From: a virus | Length of the DNA: 28,097 nt | IMG/VR virus record: IMGVR_UViG_3300024517_000007 | Reading direction: 5' to 3' (one strand) | Part shown: positions 1 to 7,937 of the stretch, piece by piece | Numbering within the stretch: the first letter of the stretch is position 1 | Layout of the letters: each line of letters starts with the position of its first letter | Notes under the pieces: generated by a model | What the model was told of the DNA's origin: nothing | Seen by the model: the letters and a program-made list of their open reading frames with translations, nothing else | Databases searched by the model: none | Made by a program: the position numbers and the translations under genes

Positions 1-127
1 GTGGATCCTCAATCAGCTTCCGCCACGGGGTCTCTCCCTGGGTGGAGAACATTCATTATTGGACGCATCCAGAATGTCTCCGTGCTTGATCTTGGCACGA
101 GACTGTTTGGACGCCCTGTCCAATTCG
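1..127. repeat. 127-nt terminal overlap, identical to 27971-28097 (circular-closure or assembly overlap)
   Basis: Read directly: bases 1-127 (gtggatcctcaatcagcttc...ccctgtccaattcg) are repeated exactly at 27971-28097. An ORF runs uninterrupted through the junction. Confidence 0.95.
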
Positions 128-195
128 TCACCGCCCCTGGGTTCAACAGGGGTTGGTATTCCCGCGTCGGAACCCCGATCGCAACAATCAAATAA
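1..195 (+). CDS. 3' portion of the WYL-like protein gene that begins at 27689/27809 and wraps across the window junction (stop TAA 193-195)
   Basis: Frame 1 is open from base 1 to TAA at 193-195. Bases 1-127 duplicate 27971-28097, where the same frame is open back to ATG 27689. The peptide contains ...LPGWRTFIIGRIQNVSVLDLG... Confidence 0.7.
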   Translation: MDPQSASATGSLPGWRTFIIGRIQNVSVLDLGTRLFGRPVQFVTAPGFNRGWYSRVGTPIATIK

Positions 196-206
196 GGAAG
201 TCCACA

Positions 207-1046
207 GTGACCACTCCCGATTCTGCACTGACCGCAACCTCGAATTCCCCCAACATTATGTCACTGGCTGAGACTGTGTTGGCTGAGGCAACCAGCCAGG
301 AAGCCTCTTCTGTGGCCTCTCCTTCCACCGAGGACCACAACATTGGGCTCAATGAGGGCGGAACCTCAGAAGCCAACGGAGAGGCCCCCGAGGCCCAGGG
401 AGACGCCCCTCGCAAGCGTTCCCTGTCCTGGAACGACGCCATCAAGCAGGTTCCACCCGACATCGCCAAACTGATGAAGAACATGCAGGGCGACTACACC
501 CGCAAGACCCAGGAGATTGCCGAGCAGCGCAAGGAGTTCCTGCGTGAACGTGAGGCCCTTATGAAGGGAGCCAAGACTCTTGAGGACCGGGAGGTTCCCG
601 AGTACGACCCCTTCAATGAGGACACCGTCAAGGCCCGCATCGAGGCAGAGGTCACCCGCCGACTCCGTGAAGTGTTGGAGCCTATGCAGCAGGAATACGA
701 GGTCATGCAGGCTGAGGATTCCTACAAATCCTTCCTTGCTGAGCACCCCGAATTCGAGACCGAGACGGCACTCCGGTCGGAGGTCCAGCACCTTCTGGAG
801 AACAACACCAGCCTCGATCTGGAGACTGCATACTGGGCCGCGAAGGGCAAGCAGGCCAAGTTCCAGCGTGCGGAGGACCAGCAGCGTCAGAAGGCCAGCC
901 GTGCTGCCCGGAAGGAAGCGGCGTTGAAGGGGACGGGCAACTCCCGCAAGGTCACCCCTGGTGGTGTCCCGGACCGTGGTGCCATCCGCAGAATGAGCAA
1001 CTCGGACCTGTTGGCCCTCGCCCAGTCCATGAACCGCAACCGTTGA
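207..1046 (+). CDS. Putative capsid scaffolding protein (charged, coiled-coil-like)
   Basis: The ORF is open from 153. GTG 207 lies 6 nt after AAGGAAG (194-200); the alternative ATG 258 has no SD. The product is rich in E/K/R/Q/A heptad-like sequence (KEFLREREALMKGAKTLEDRE..., QRAEDQQRQKASRAARKEAALK) and sits immediately upstream of the major capsid gene. Function is inferred from composition and position only. Confidence 0.6.
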   Translation: MTTPDSALTATSNSPNIMSLAETVLAEATSQEASSVASPSTEDHNIGLNEGGTSEANGEAPEAQGDAPRKRSLSWNDAIKQVPPDIAKLMKNMQGDYTRKTQEIAEQRKEFLREREALMKGAKTLEDREVPEYDPFNEDTVKARIEAEVTRRLREVLEPMQQEYEVMQAEDSYKSFLAEHPEFETETALRSEVQHLLENNTSLDLETAYWAAKGKQAKFQRAEDQQRQKASRAARKEAALKGTGNSRKVTPGGVPDRGAIRRMSNSDLLALAQSMNRNR

Positions 1047-1048
1047 CA

Positions 1049-1113
1049 TTGCAACCCTGATACTCGGGTGGTATAATACCATGTAGTACGTGGGCCACCC
1101 CTTATGTGGAGCC
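1049..1113 (+). promoter_or_regulatory. Sigma70-like promoter P1 (TTGCAA-N17-TATAAT with TGn extension), followed by the conserved leader motif CCACCCCTTATGTGGAGCC
   Basis: TTGCAA lies at 1049-1054 and TGgTATAAT at 1069-1077. The motif at 1095-1113 starts about 10 nt after the predicted start site. The same TGgTATAAT plus motif arrangement occurs at 23057-23100. It lies in the 139-nt gap before the capsid gene. Confidence 0.6.
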
Positions 1114-1185
1114 TACGGCTTTGTGGCACCCGGTTGTCGGATACGCCCCCAAACCGTAGACACAAATTCCCCATAGGAGGCCAAA

Positions 1186-2220
1186 ATGGCTCCCCAGTCG
1201 GTCCTTTCGACCACGCTGCAGTTGCTCCGCGACAAGCTCGTGGACAACTCCTTCCTTGCCCACCCGCTCGTTCGCGCCATTGAGGAGCACGGCAACCTGA
1301 TCAAGGTGTCCGGTGGTTCCCGCGTGGAGCAGCCCGTCATCTTCGGTGACCACAGCTCCATAACCGAGCTGTCGAATGGCTTCGAGCCCGTCTCGATGGC
1401 CGTCACCGACCCCTTCCAGACGGCCAAGTTCGAGTACTCGAACTTCACCCAGCCGATCGTGCTGAGCGCCGTCGAGAAGGCCGCCAACAAGGGTGACCTC
1501 GCTGTCGTGAACATCCTTGAGTCCAAGATGAAGAACGTGATGCTGTCCCTCAAGAAGGAGGTCAGCAAGCAGATCCTCATCGGTGACTCGGGCAAGATCA
1601 CCACGCTGCAGACCCTGAACGGCAACGGCACCAGCCTCGTCGCTGCGAACACCACCGGTTGGCTGGAGGGCGTTGCCCAGGCTTCCCAGTTGAACACTGT
1701 CGGTGGCCTCGCGAAGACCACCTACCGTTCGCAGAACTGGTTCAACCAGTTCGTGGATGCTGGTGGCACGCTGGCTCTCAGCCACATCGATGAGGCGTTC
1801 ATCCAGACGCAGATCTACAACCCGTCTGGTACGACCCCCGACATCATGCTGGTGTCCCCGAGCTTCTATGCTGCGTTCCTGAACCTCATGGACCAGCGCA
1901 TCCAGTACATCAGCGTCGGTGACCGCGACGGTCTGAACCAGACCATGGTTGCCACCTACCGTGGTGCCCGCATCTACGTGGACCCGAACATGGGCTTCAC
2001 GGCGAACGGGGCGTCGGGCATGGGTGCGAAGGCTGTCTCCGCCTACCTGCTGTCCTCCGACCAGTTCCAGCTGTACGTGGACACCGACGGCTTCTTCAAC
2101 GTCTCGGATATGATGCCTGTCCCTGGCACCGCCACCGAGGCCGCCATGGTGTTCTGTCGGATGCAGCTTGTGACCGGTCACCTCGCTTCCCATTCCATCA
2201 TCATCGACGCGGAGGCTTGA
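1186..2220 (+). CDS. Major capsid protein (344 aa)
   Basis: ATG is preceded by GGAGG (ataGGAGGccaaaATG). Size, the position after the scaffold and before the decoration protein, and its own strong promoter are all typical of an HK97-fold major capsid gene. No specific family was recognised by eye. Confidence 0.75.
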   Translation: MAPQSVLSTTLQLLRDKLVDNSFLAHPLVRAIEEHGNLIKVSGGSRVEQPVIFGDHSSITELSNGFEPVSMAVTDPFQTAKFEYSNFTQPIVLSAVEKAANKGDLAVVNILESKMKNVMLSLKKEVSKQILIGDSGKITTLQTLNGNGTSLVAANTTGWLEGVAQASQLNTVGGLAKTTYRSQNWFNQFVDAGGTLALSHIDEAFIQTQIYNPSGTTPDIMLVSPSFYAAFLNLMDQRIQYISVGDRDGLNQTMVATYRGARIYVDPNMGFTANGASGMGAKAVSAYLLSSDQFQLYVDTDGFFNVSDMMPVPGTATEAAMVFCRMQLVTGHLASHSIIIDAEA

Positions 2221-2224
2221 TCCA

Positions 2225-2689
2225 ATGGCTGACTCCACTCTCATTCAGTTCCTCTCTTCTGGCGAGTCCACGGCTACCGGGAACCGTCGGCAGACTGAGA
2301 TCTTCATCGCCCAGGAGCCCATCGCCATCGGTGACTGGGTTGCCTTCGACTTCGCGGCCACCGCTGACGGCGACGTCACCCTCGGTGTCTTCAAGGCTGA
2401 TGGTAACTCCAGCCCCGTCCGCACCCCGCATGGTGTCGCCCTGAGCGCAACCACGGCTGCCGGTCAGGAGGTCAAGGTCTGCATCAGCGGTGTTTGCAAC
2501 GCCAAGGTGTCCGACAATGGTGGTGCAGGCAACGCCATCGGCACCCTGCTCCAGATCACCAACGCTGTTGGTGTGGCCGACCTCGCCGCTGCTGGCTCCG
2601 CCCAGCCGGTGTGTGGCGTCCTCGCTGAGACCATCGCCCCTGCCGCTGGCACGGTGACGGCTCGCGTGGTGGTCCGCAAGTCCTTCTGA
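2225..2689 (+). CDS. Putative head decoration / capsid cement protein (DUF2190-like pattern)
   Basis: The gene starts 4 nt after the capsid gene stop. The product is a Gly/Ala/Val-rich beta-type sequence with the recurring pattern ...IGDWVAFD...HGVALSATTAAGQEVKVCISGVCNAKV...PVCGVLAETIAPAAGTVTARVVV. I recall this pattern as typical of DUF2190-type decoration proteins. Confidence 0.5.
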   Translation: MADSTLIQFLSSGESTATGNRRQTEIFIAQEPIAIGDWVAFDFAATADGDVTLGVFKADGNSSPVRTPHGVALSATTAAGQEVKVCISGVCNAKVSDNGGAGNAIGTLLQITNAVGVADLAAAGSAQPVCGVLAETIAPAAGTVTARVVVRKSF

Positions 2690-2698
2690 CTCTCCGCT

Positions 2699-2716
2699 GC
2701 TCCCTTCCCAGGGAGC
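2699..2716 (+). terminator. Stem-loop just after the decoration gene (GCTCCCT-tccc-AGGGAGC); possible attenuating terminator or RNA-stabilising hairpin
   Basis: A 7-bp perfect stem with a 4-nt loop lies 10 nt after stop 2687-2689. No U-tract follows. A second long-range pair is GGCCCCCA (2722-2729) with TGGGGGCC (2766-2773). Confidence 0.3.
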
Positions 2717-2794
2717 ACACAGGCCCCCATCCGACCGGTACTGTCCAGGTGAGGCAGACGGCGGGTGGGGGCCTCCCACCATAAGGAGTACGTC

Positions 2795-4180
2795 GTGAAT
2801 CTTGGTCACTTGATAGACTTCGTTGGAAATCTCCTAGACTACGACCCTACGAACTCGACGTACCGATCCCAGCTTGTTTCTATTCTCAATGACGCCCAGA
2901 CACGAATTCTGACAGACCGCCCTTGGCCGTTCGCCATGAAGGAGCGGAAGCTCATAGTCTGGACTGATACCACCTTCAATTTCAACTTCACTGGTGGGTC
3001 CGACCTCATAACTGGAATCGGCATTCCGGTGAGCACAGACCCGGTTAAGCCTGGGTCTAACTTTACGACTTCTGTGCTTGAAGTCACGGATTCTGGTGGT
3101 AAAACCTCAATCCACATGATTACCTGGGTCAAATCCGCCACAGAGGCTTACCTTGACCGTCCATTTGAGGGAATAACTGGGGCGTATACCGCGACTTTGA
3201 AGCGGCGTGAAGTTCGCCTGCCGTCTGATTGCACGACCGTACAGAATGTTGGCGACCCATCAGTTGGAATTCCGGCCAAATCCTTGTTCCTCAGCAAGTG
3301 GGAACGAGAAGATGCCAACCTTGACCCTGAACTGTTGGGGACAATAGAAGCTTATCTGCCGTCATCTGGTGTTGTGGTACCAGCCCCAAACTCTGCACGC
3401 GGAATATCCGTTGTAGCCGGGGCTGGGCAGGGCATTAGGACCATTAATGTTTACATGGTGAACGTGATTGGTCCAAATGCAACCAACTTCGAGGTGTACC
3501 CCAAGGACGTTAGCGACGGGTTTGAATCAGCCTTCTCCAAGGTAGCCACCTTCTCACTTGGTAGCACTGAGACCCTGTCCTTCAAGCCGGAACCCCTTGA
3601 TCCTCAGACTGGTCTGTGGCGCAGGTACTACTTCACCTGCCCCGAAGCCGGGATAGAAGCCCCAACTCGTATCAGACACACAGAGCCCCTGGAGCCCACC
3701 GGGGTACCTACCGGGGTTGACACCGTCCCTCCTGATAACCCCCTCTTCACTGGTATCACGCTGCTGCCCCGTCTCGAACTTAGCTACCTGTCTTCGCAGA
3801 AATTCCAGGCGTCGAGCATACGGTATCGGTGGAACCAATCGGCTGCCTATCAGGCCATCCAGCTTTATCCGCACCCATCTGCGGACCAGGAACTTGATGT
3901 CCGTATGGTCATCAACCCTCCCAAGCTCCAGGAAGACCAGGACGCCCCCCTGATTCCACACGCATACGCACAGTTGATAGCGTTCGCTGCCCTGGAGAAT
4001 TTGACTTTGAAGGTGGATAACCCAGCCCTAAGTGCGGTCTACCAGCGCAAGAAGGACGTCTTGTACAGGGCCATGGAACAGACCTATTTGAAGGCCGTTC
4101 CGCGCAGGATAGTGAAGGGAACACCTACTGCTGGTTACAAATTCATACGCAATCCCTTCGGCCCTCTCACCTTCTCGTGA
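2795..4180 (+). CDS. Head-tail adaptor / tail tubular protein A-like (T7 gp11-like N-terminus with a long C-terminal extension)
   Basis: GTG 2795 lies 6 nt after AAGGAG (2783-2788). The N-terminus ...SQLVSILNDAQTRILTDRPWPFAMKE resembles the T7 gp11 segment ...[23 protein letters not shown] (from memory). The gene sits directly upstream of the nozzle-like gene. Confidence 0.5.
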   Translation: MNLGHLIDFVGNLLDYDPTNSTYRSQLVSILNDAQTRILTDRPWPFAMKERKLIVWTDTTFNFNFTGGSDLITGIGIPVSTDPVKPGSNFTTSVLEVTDSGGKTSIHMITWVKSATEAYLDRPFEGITGAYTATLKRREVRLPSDCTTVQNVGDPSVGIPAKSLFLSKWEREDANLDPELLGTIEAYLPSSGVVVPAPNSARGISVVAGAGQGIRTINVYMVNVIGPNATNFEVYPKDVSDGFESAFSKVATFSLGSTETLSFKPEPLDPQTGLWRRYYFTCPEAGIEAPTRIRHTEPLEPTGVPTGVDTVPPDNPLFTGITLLPRLELSYLSSQKFQASSIRYRWNQSAAYQAIQLYPHPSADQELDVRMVINPPKLQEDQDAPLIPHAYAQLIAFAALENLTLKVDNPALSAVYQRKKDVLYRAMEQTYLKAVPRRIVKGTPTAGYKFIRNPFGPLTFS

Positions 4181-4213
4181 GGCTCTGTATGTCTATCATA
4201 CAGGAGGTGTAGC

Positions 4214-6397
4214 ATTAAACAGAACGTCTACCAGACCCCGCTTGCAGGTGGCTTCGAGACGAAGTTGCCCCAGGTACCGCAAAATGCAGGGCGCGCAGAG
4301 AACCTGACAATAGACAGGGACACTGGAGGCTGGAGCACCAGGGTTGGTTACGAGCCGTTCGTGGTAAACACCACGACTTGGACCCCATTCGGCGCAGATG
4401 GGCCAATCTATTCGCTTCACGTGCGGCAGGGATTGGCAGGTGGGGCACGCCAGTCGATCCTGTACGAGGAGGGAGGCAACCTCAAACTGCTGTTTGAAGC
4501 AGACGGGTCGGCGGACACCGTTGTCACCCTGGCTTCAAATCGCCATATCCCCACAACCACTGAGTCCGGGGCGTGGTTCACGGACACAGCTTATGGAACC
4601 ATAATAACCAATGGGGTGGACCGCCCTGTCATTGTGCGCCCATGGCCTCTCCCATCGTTCTCAAACCTCGCGGCGGCGGCTGCTCAGACTATTCGCCCCC
4701 TCGGATTTGAAGGGCTCCCAATCCCCCCGGAGCCCTCCAACGTCAAGCCCACCCCCCCGCCTCCATTCCCGAACCCCCCGAAGGCGAGCGGCAATGGTGC
4801 TGTGACCCTGTGGTGTCCCGCAGATGGTAATTCCATCCCTGATGGTGGGCGTTGGGGTCTTGGATTCGCGAACAACAAGTCGGGGTCAGACGGTGACCAG
4901 CAGGCCATCTTCGGATGGGCTGTGAGCTACATCACCGACACGGGATCCGAAGGACCCACCTCCACGATTGGAACAACTGCGTGGGCGCTAGAAGCCAACG
5001 CAGAGGGCTTCCGTCATGCCTGTGCTGTTGGGATCCCAACCGGACCCAGAGGGACTGTGGCCCGGAAGGTTTATAGGACCACCAATTACTCTGATGACTA
5101 TGTGTCCCCAGGGGACACGACCCTGTACTTCATAGATGTGGTCAGGAACAACGTTGAGGAGTTGTTCTTCGACGCTGTACGGACCGCCAATCTTGGACAG
5201 CCCGCACCGGAGATAGCCACTGGACCTCTCCCTGCCCCCAGGGCACGGTTCAGTGCCCTGTTCAACGGGTGCCTGTTCCTTGATGGTGGGATTGATGACT
5301 CCCGCACGTTGTACTTCTCCACGGTGGGACTGATAGAACAGTTCGCCGCCGACGCATTCGTTGAATTGAGCGCAGAGAATGGTGGTGTCACCGCACTCTT
5401 CAGCAATTATAACACCCTTCTTGTCTTCCGCGAGAAGGGAATAGACGTGGTTCAGGGTGACTACGCAAACGGGTTCACAGCCACCACGCTGGTATCTAAC
5501 GTCACCTGCAAGGCCCCACATTCGATCCAGTCAGTGCCTGGGCTTGGTGTGGTGTTCCTCGCTGAGGACGGGGTATACGCTATTACTGGCGGATTGACGG
5601 GTGGTGCGGTTAACGAAGTCATAAACCTGACTCAGCGCCAGGATGGACTGATTGGCCGTATAACTCCTGATTGCCACGCGAAGGCCGTATCCGCCTACTC
5701 AGCACAGAATAGGGAATACCAAGTGTATGTCCCTGTAGACGGTGAAGACCGGCCCTCCTTGGGCCTTGTGTTGCACGTAGACCGTCTTCCCAATGCTGAT
5801 AGCATATCGCCGTGGACAACGCGTGTTGGATTCCCGGTCGGGTCCATAACCACCCTGTACGACGGAACGATGGTGTTTGGGCACCATACGGGCTCAGAGG
5901 ACACCACCCCCAATTCAGAGAGAGGCTTGTTCGTAATCAGCGCGAAGAGGTCAATGGGAATGGTTGTCACTGGAGAGCAGCCCCCTGTGTTCTCTTATGC
6001 CGACCCCCCCACATCAGTGTACAGGTCAGCATGGTGGTCTGCAGACGACCCACAAATGCAGAAGCAGGTGTCCTACGTCACTGTCTGGGTTATGACCACT
6101 GGCCTCCCCAAGGTCACGATGCGTCACTACAAGGACTTCTCTCTCATCCCAGTGACTGAGCAGACCTACACGGCTCAGTCTCCAGACTCCACGCCGCAGC
6201 CCACCCTTGATACTACAATACTGGGCACCGGACAGTACCGTAACGATAGGCTTGTTCCACTAAGATTCAGTGTGGCCCACATGAGCGCAGCTTGGTTCTG
6301 CTTCGAGATCGAGACGACAGAGGACCTTGTGCTGGTCGGCTACGAATACGAGTGGACCACTAAGGGCACTCGGGTTGTTGCGGGGGTGCGGGCATGA
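4214..6397 (+). CDS. Tail tubular protein B / nozzle-like protein (T7 gp12-like); start ambiguous (ATT 4214 behind a strong SD, or TTG 4265)
   Basis: There is no in-frame ATG or GTG near the 5' end. AGGAGG (4202-4207) lies 6 nt before in-frame ATT 4214. The C-terminus ...ILGTGQYRNDRLVPLRF...LVLVGYEYEW resembles T7 gp12 ...LNLGTGQYRFPVVG...IIGCGWEG. The segment PLAGGFETKLPQVPQNAGRAENL, partly upstream of the TTG, resembles the conserved gp12 N-terminal LKGGISQQPDILRYPDQGSRQVN. Both comparisons are from memory. Confidence 0.6.
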   Translation: MKQNVYQTPLAGGFETKLPQVPQNAGRAENLTIDRDTGGWSTRVGYEPFVVNTTTWTPFGADGPIYSLHVRQGLAGGARQSILYEEGGNLKLLFEADGSADTVVTLASNRHIPTTTESGAWFTDTAYGTIITNGVDRPVIVRPWPLPSFSNLAAAAAQTIRPLGFEGLPIPPEPSNVKPTPPPPFPNPPKASGNGAVTLWCPADGNSIPDGGRWGLGFANNKSGSDGDQQAIFGWAVSYITDTGSEGPTSTIGTTAWALEANAEGFRHACAVGIPTGPRGTVARKVYRTTNYSDDYVSPGDTTLYFIDVVRNNVEELFFDAVRTANLGQPAPEIATGPLPAPRARFSALFNGCLFLDGGIDDSRTLYFSTVGLIEQFAADAFVELSAENGGVTALFSNYNTLLVFREKGIDVVQGDYANGFTATTLVSNVTCKAPHSIQSVPGLGVVFLAEDGVYAITGGLTGGAVNEVINLTQRQDGLIGRITPDCHAKAVSAYSAQNREYQVYVPVDGEDRPSLGLVLHVDRLPNADSISPWTTRVGFPVGSITTLYDGTMVFGHHTGSEDTTPNSERGLFVISAKRSMGMVVTGEQPPVFSYADPPTSVYRSAWWSADDPQMQKQVSYVTVWVMTTGLPKVTMRHYKDFSLIPVTEQTYTAQSPDSTPQPTLDTTILGTGQYRNDRLVPLRFSVAHMSAAWFCFEIETTEDLVLVGYEYEWTTKGTRVVAGVRA

Positions 6398-7044
6398 AGA
6401 AGTGGACTAACAGCGAATCCCGCGTCGGGAGGAGTATAAGCCCGGACCTTATCAACGACGAGATCCGGGTTCAGCAGTCATCTATCACCACGGTTGACAG
6501 GAGCCAAATCCCGTCTGCTTGGGTAGACGAATCATATATGGCCCCCAACGCCTTGCATCAAGTGTGGCAGTCACCGAGCGGTGGTGGATTTGAACAGGAG
6601 AATGAACAAGACACTGGGGTTGGGTCCTCAGCGTGGATCTCCTCCACAATTCAGACTGCTGCCGGTGGGTGGCGTACGATCCTGGAGACCACACTCTCTG
6701 GATTCAAGGGCGGATCACTATTCATTGAGTGGAGCGCCAACGTATATGCCAACAACATCTTCTGCTATGGTATAAACGACGGGAAGCCCGGCACTCCGAA
6801 TTATATAAGTATGAGAATACTGGTGAATGGGGTCAATATGGCTGAACGCAGAGGCGCGGCGTATCACCAACAGTCCCGCATATTCGGTAGCCAATTGTTC
6901 CCATCTGGTGATCTGTCTGTGTCATTCCAGTGGAAGGACACGTCCCAGAGCCAGGACGCGGCTACCAACACTTCTGGTGGTGATAGAGTGCCATACGCAC
7001 ACTTGTGGAACAACCGCTGGATTGCGATAGCGAGGTACAGATGA
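6394..7044 (+). CDS. Beta-rich virion protein (216 aa), putative tail or fibre-associated
   Basis: ATGA start/stop overlap with the nozzle gene. The product is rich in Ser/Gly/Trp/Asn with no helical heptads. It is the first of three consecutive coupled genes of similar character. Confidence 0.45.
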   Translation: MKKWTNSESRVGRSISPDLINDEIRVQQSSITTVDRSQIPSAWVDESYMAPNALHQVWQSPSGGGFEQENEQDTGVGSSAWISSTIQTAAGGWRTILETTLSGFKGGSLFIEWSANVYANNIFCYGINDGKPGTPNYISMRILVNGVNMAERRGAAYHQQSRIFGSQLFPSGDLSVSFQWKDTSQSQDAATNTSGGDRVPYAHLWNNRWIAIARYR

Positions 7045-7937
7045 GCCGCCTTACTGAGCCCACCATTCAGGATGGGGACGACATCACAGCAGCGTCTCTG
7101 AATGACCGTTTCACGCAGTTCTCCCAGACGGGTGCCCTGAACGCCTTCAACGTGCGCGATGGAGCATTTGATCTCCCCCACTTCAAGATGGGGAATGCTG
7201 ATTGGCTTGCGCCCGATATGGCCGTGGACTCTATCGGTTGGAACGAGTGGAAGCACGCGAGTTACCACACGTTCACAGGGCAGACCACCGGGTCTTCACC
7301 TCATGTTGTGCTGAATTCTACTTCCAACCCGGACCACCTGTCCTTCGGCCCCCTTGGATTCACCCTTGAGATCGACGACATACTCCGGGTGTACTGGGAC
7401 CTGAGTGTGCGCCCACGTTGGGAGGGGTCACAGCCTTGGGAGGGAGGGGCTCTGTACTTCACCTTCCCGAAGATTGGTGGTGGAACCGACAACGTGTTCT
7501 CAGGGTACGGATGTTGGGCCTTCTGGCTCCAGTGGGACGTGACCGACAACACCCTGACGAATTGGGTGAATGTGCCCGGTCAGGGTGACTTCAACACAGT
7601 TGTTACCGGGGTTCGTGGAGGGAACACCCTCACTAATTGTTCTGCCACCTCAGTGATCCAGTCAGTCGTTGAGACCGGTGCTCTCTGTGACGAGGGCAAG
7701 ATAGGGACGCCAATCAACTTCCCGGTGGGTTGGTCGTCCGTCGATGGGGCTTGGCACTACAAGAGGTCAGGTACCTCGATAACCGTGTATGGAGTCCGCG
7801 TGGTGTTCTCTGGTCCATTCGGTGCCCGTAACCAGGGTGGTGTGAATTACCTGCTGAGAAATGACTCGGTAGCAGGATCAGCCCGTATTGACCAGCAGGC
7901 AGGCAGTATCCAGGCACTTGTAATGAGGACTGCCTGA
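7041..7937 (+). CDS. Beta-rich virion protein (298 aa), putative tail fibre or receptor-binding component
   Basis: ATG 7041 lies 5 nt after GAGG (7032-7035) and overlaps the upstream stop (ATGA). The N-terminal IQDGDDITAASLNDRF is of the 'DG..ITA..LN' type common at the N-termini of phage fibre-like proteins. Confidence 0.45.
   Translation: MSRLTEPTIQDGDDITAASLNDRFTQFSQTGALNAFNVRDGAFDLPHFKMGNADWLAPDMAVDSIGWNEWKHASYHTFTGQTTGSSPHVVLNSTSNPDHLSFGPLGFTLEIDDILRVYWDLSVRPRWEGSQPWEGGALYFTFPKIGGGTDNVFSGYGCWAFWLQWDVTDNTLTNWVNVPGQGDFNTVVTGVRGGNTLTNCSATSVIQSVVETGALCDEGKIGTPINFPVGWSSVDGAWHYKRSGTSITVYGVRVVFSGPFGARNQGGVNYLLRNDSVAGSARIDQQAGSIQALVMRTA

Noticed and set aside
1-127. The 127-nt terminal repeat read as a genuine phage direct terminal repeat, or as the ends of a mobile element.
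   Set aside because: The repeat lies inside an ORF that reads through the junction. It is exact, and its length equals a common maximal assembler k-mer. An assembly overlap of a circular or permuted genome is the simpler explanation. It still needs read-level terminus analysis.
153-206. An upstream extension of the scaffold ORF to ATG 153, and likewise the 2765 and 7005 starts given in the ORF track.
   Set aside because: These starts overlap the preceding gene or lack an SD. In-frame starts at 207 (GTG), 2795 (GTG) and 7041 (ATG) each sit 5-6 nt after a clear SD.
1043-1048. The perfect TTGACA overlapping the scaffold stop codon as the -35 element of promoter P1.
   Set aside because: It lies 23 nt upstream of the TATAAT, which is too far. 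TTGCAA at 1049-1054 gives the canonical 17-nt spacing. The other TTGACA(C) occurrences at 11045, 17666 and 23010 have no matching -10.
1104-1274. A small ORF starting at the ATG inside the P1 leader motif (cttATGtggagcc), and an analogous 18-codon ORF from ATG 23092.
   Set aside because: Neither has an SD. The first runs out of frame into the capsid gene. The ATG is not conserved in the minus-strand copy of the motif.
366-2244. Long minus-strand ORFs opposite the scaffold and capsid genes (366-1082, 1102-2244). Similar antisense or alternative-frame ORFs occur at 8656-9144, 15365-16435, 16615-17262, 16728-17432, 23916-24548, 24637-25302 and 26097-26948.
   Set aside because: They overlap far better-supported genes and lack SD sequences. 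Their low-complexity Arg/Gly/Ala/Pro-rich translations are typical of shadow ORFs in G+C-rich coding DNA.
4285-4287. The ATG at about 4285 (caaaATGcagg) as the start of the nozzle gene.
   Set aside because: It is out of frame with the 710-aa ORF.
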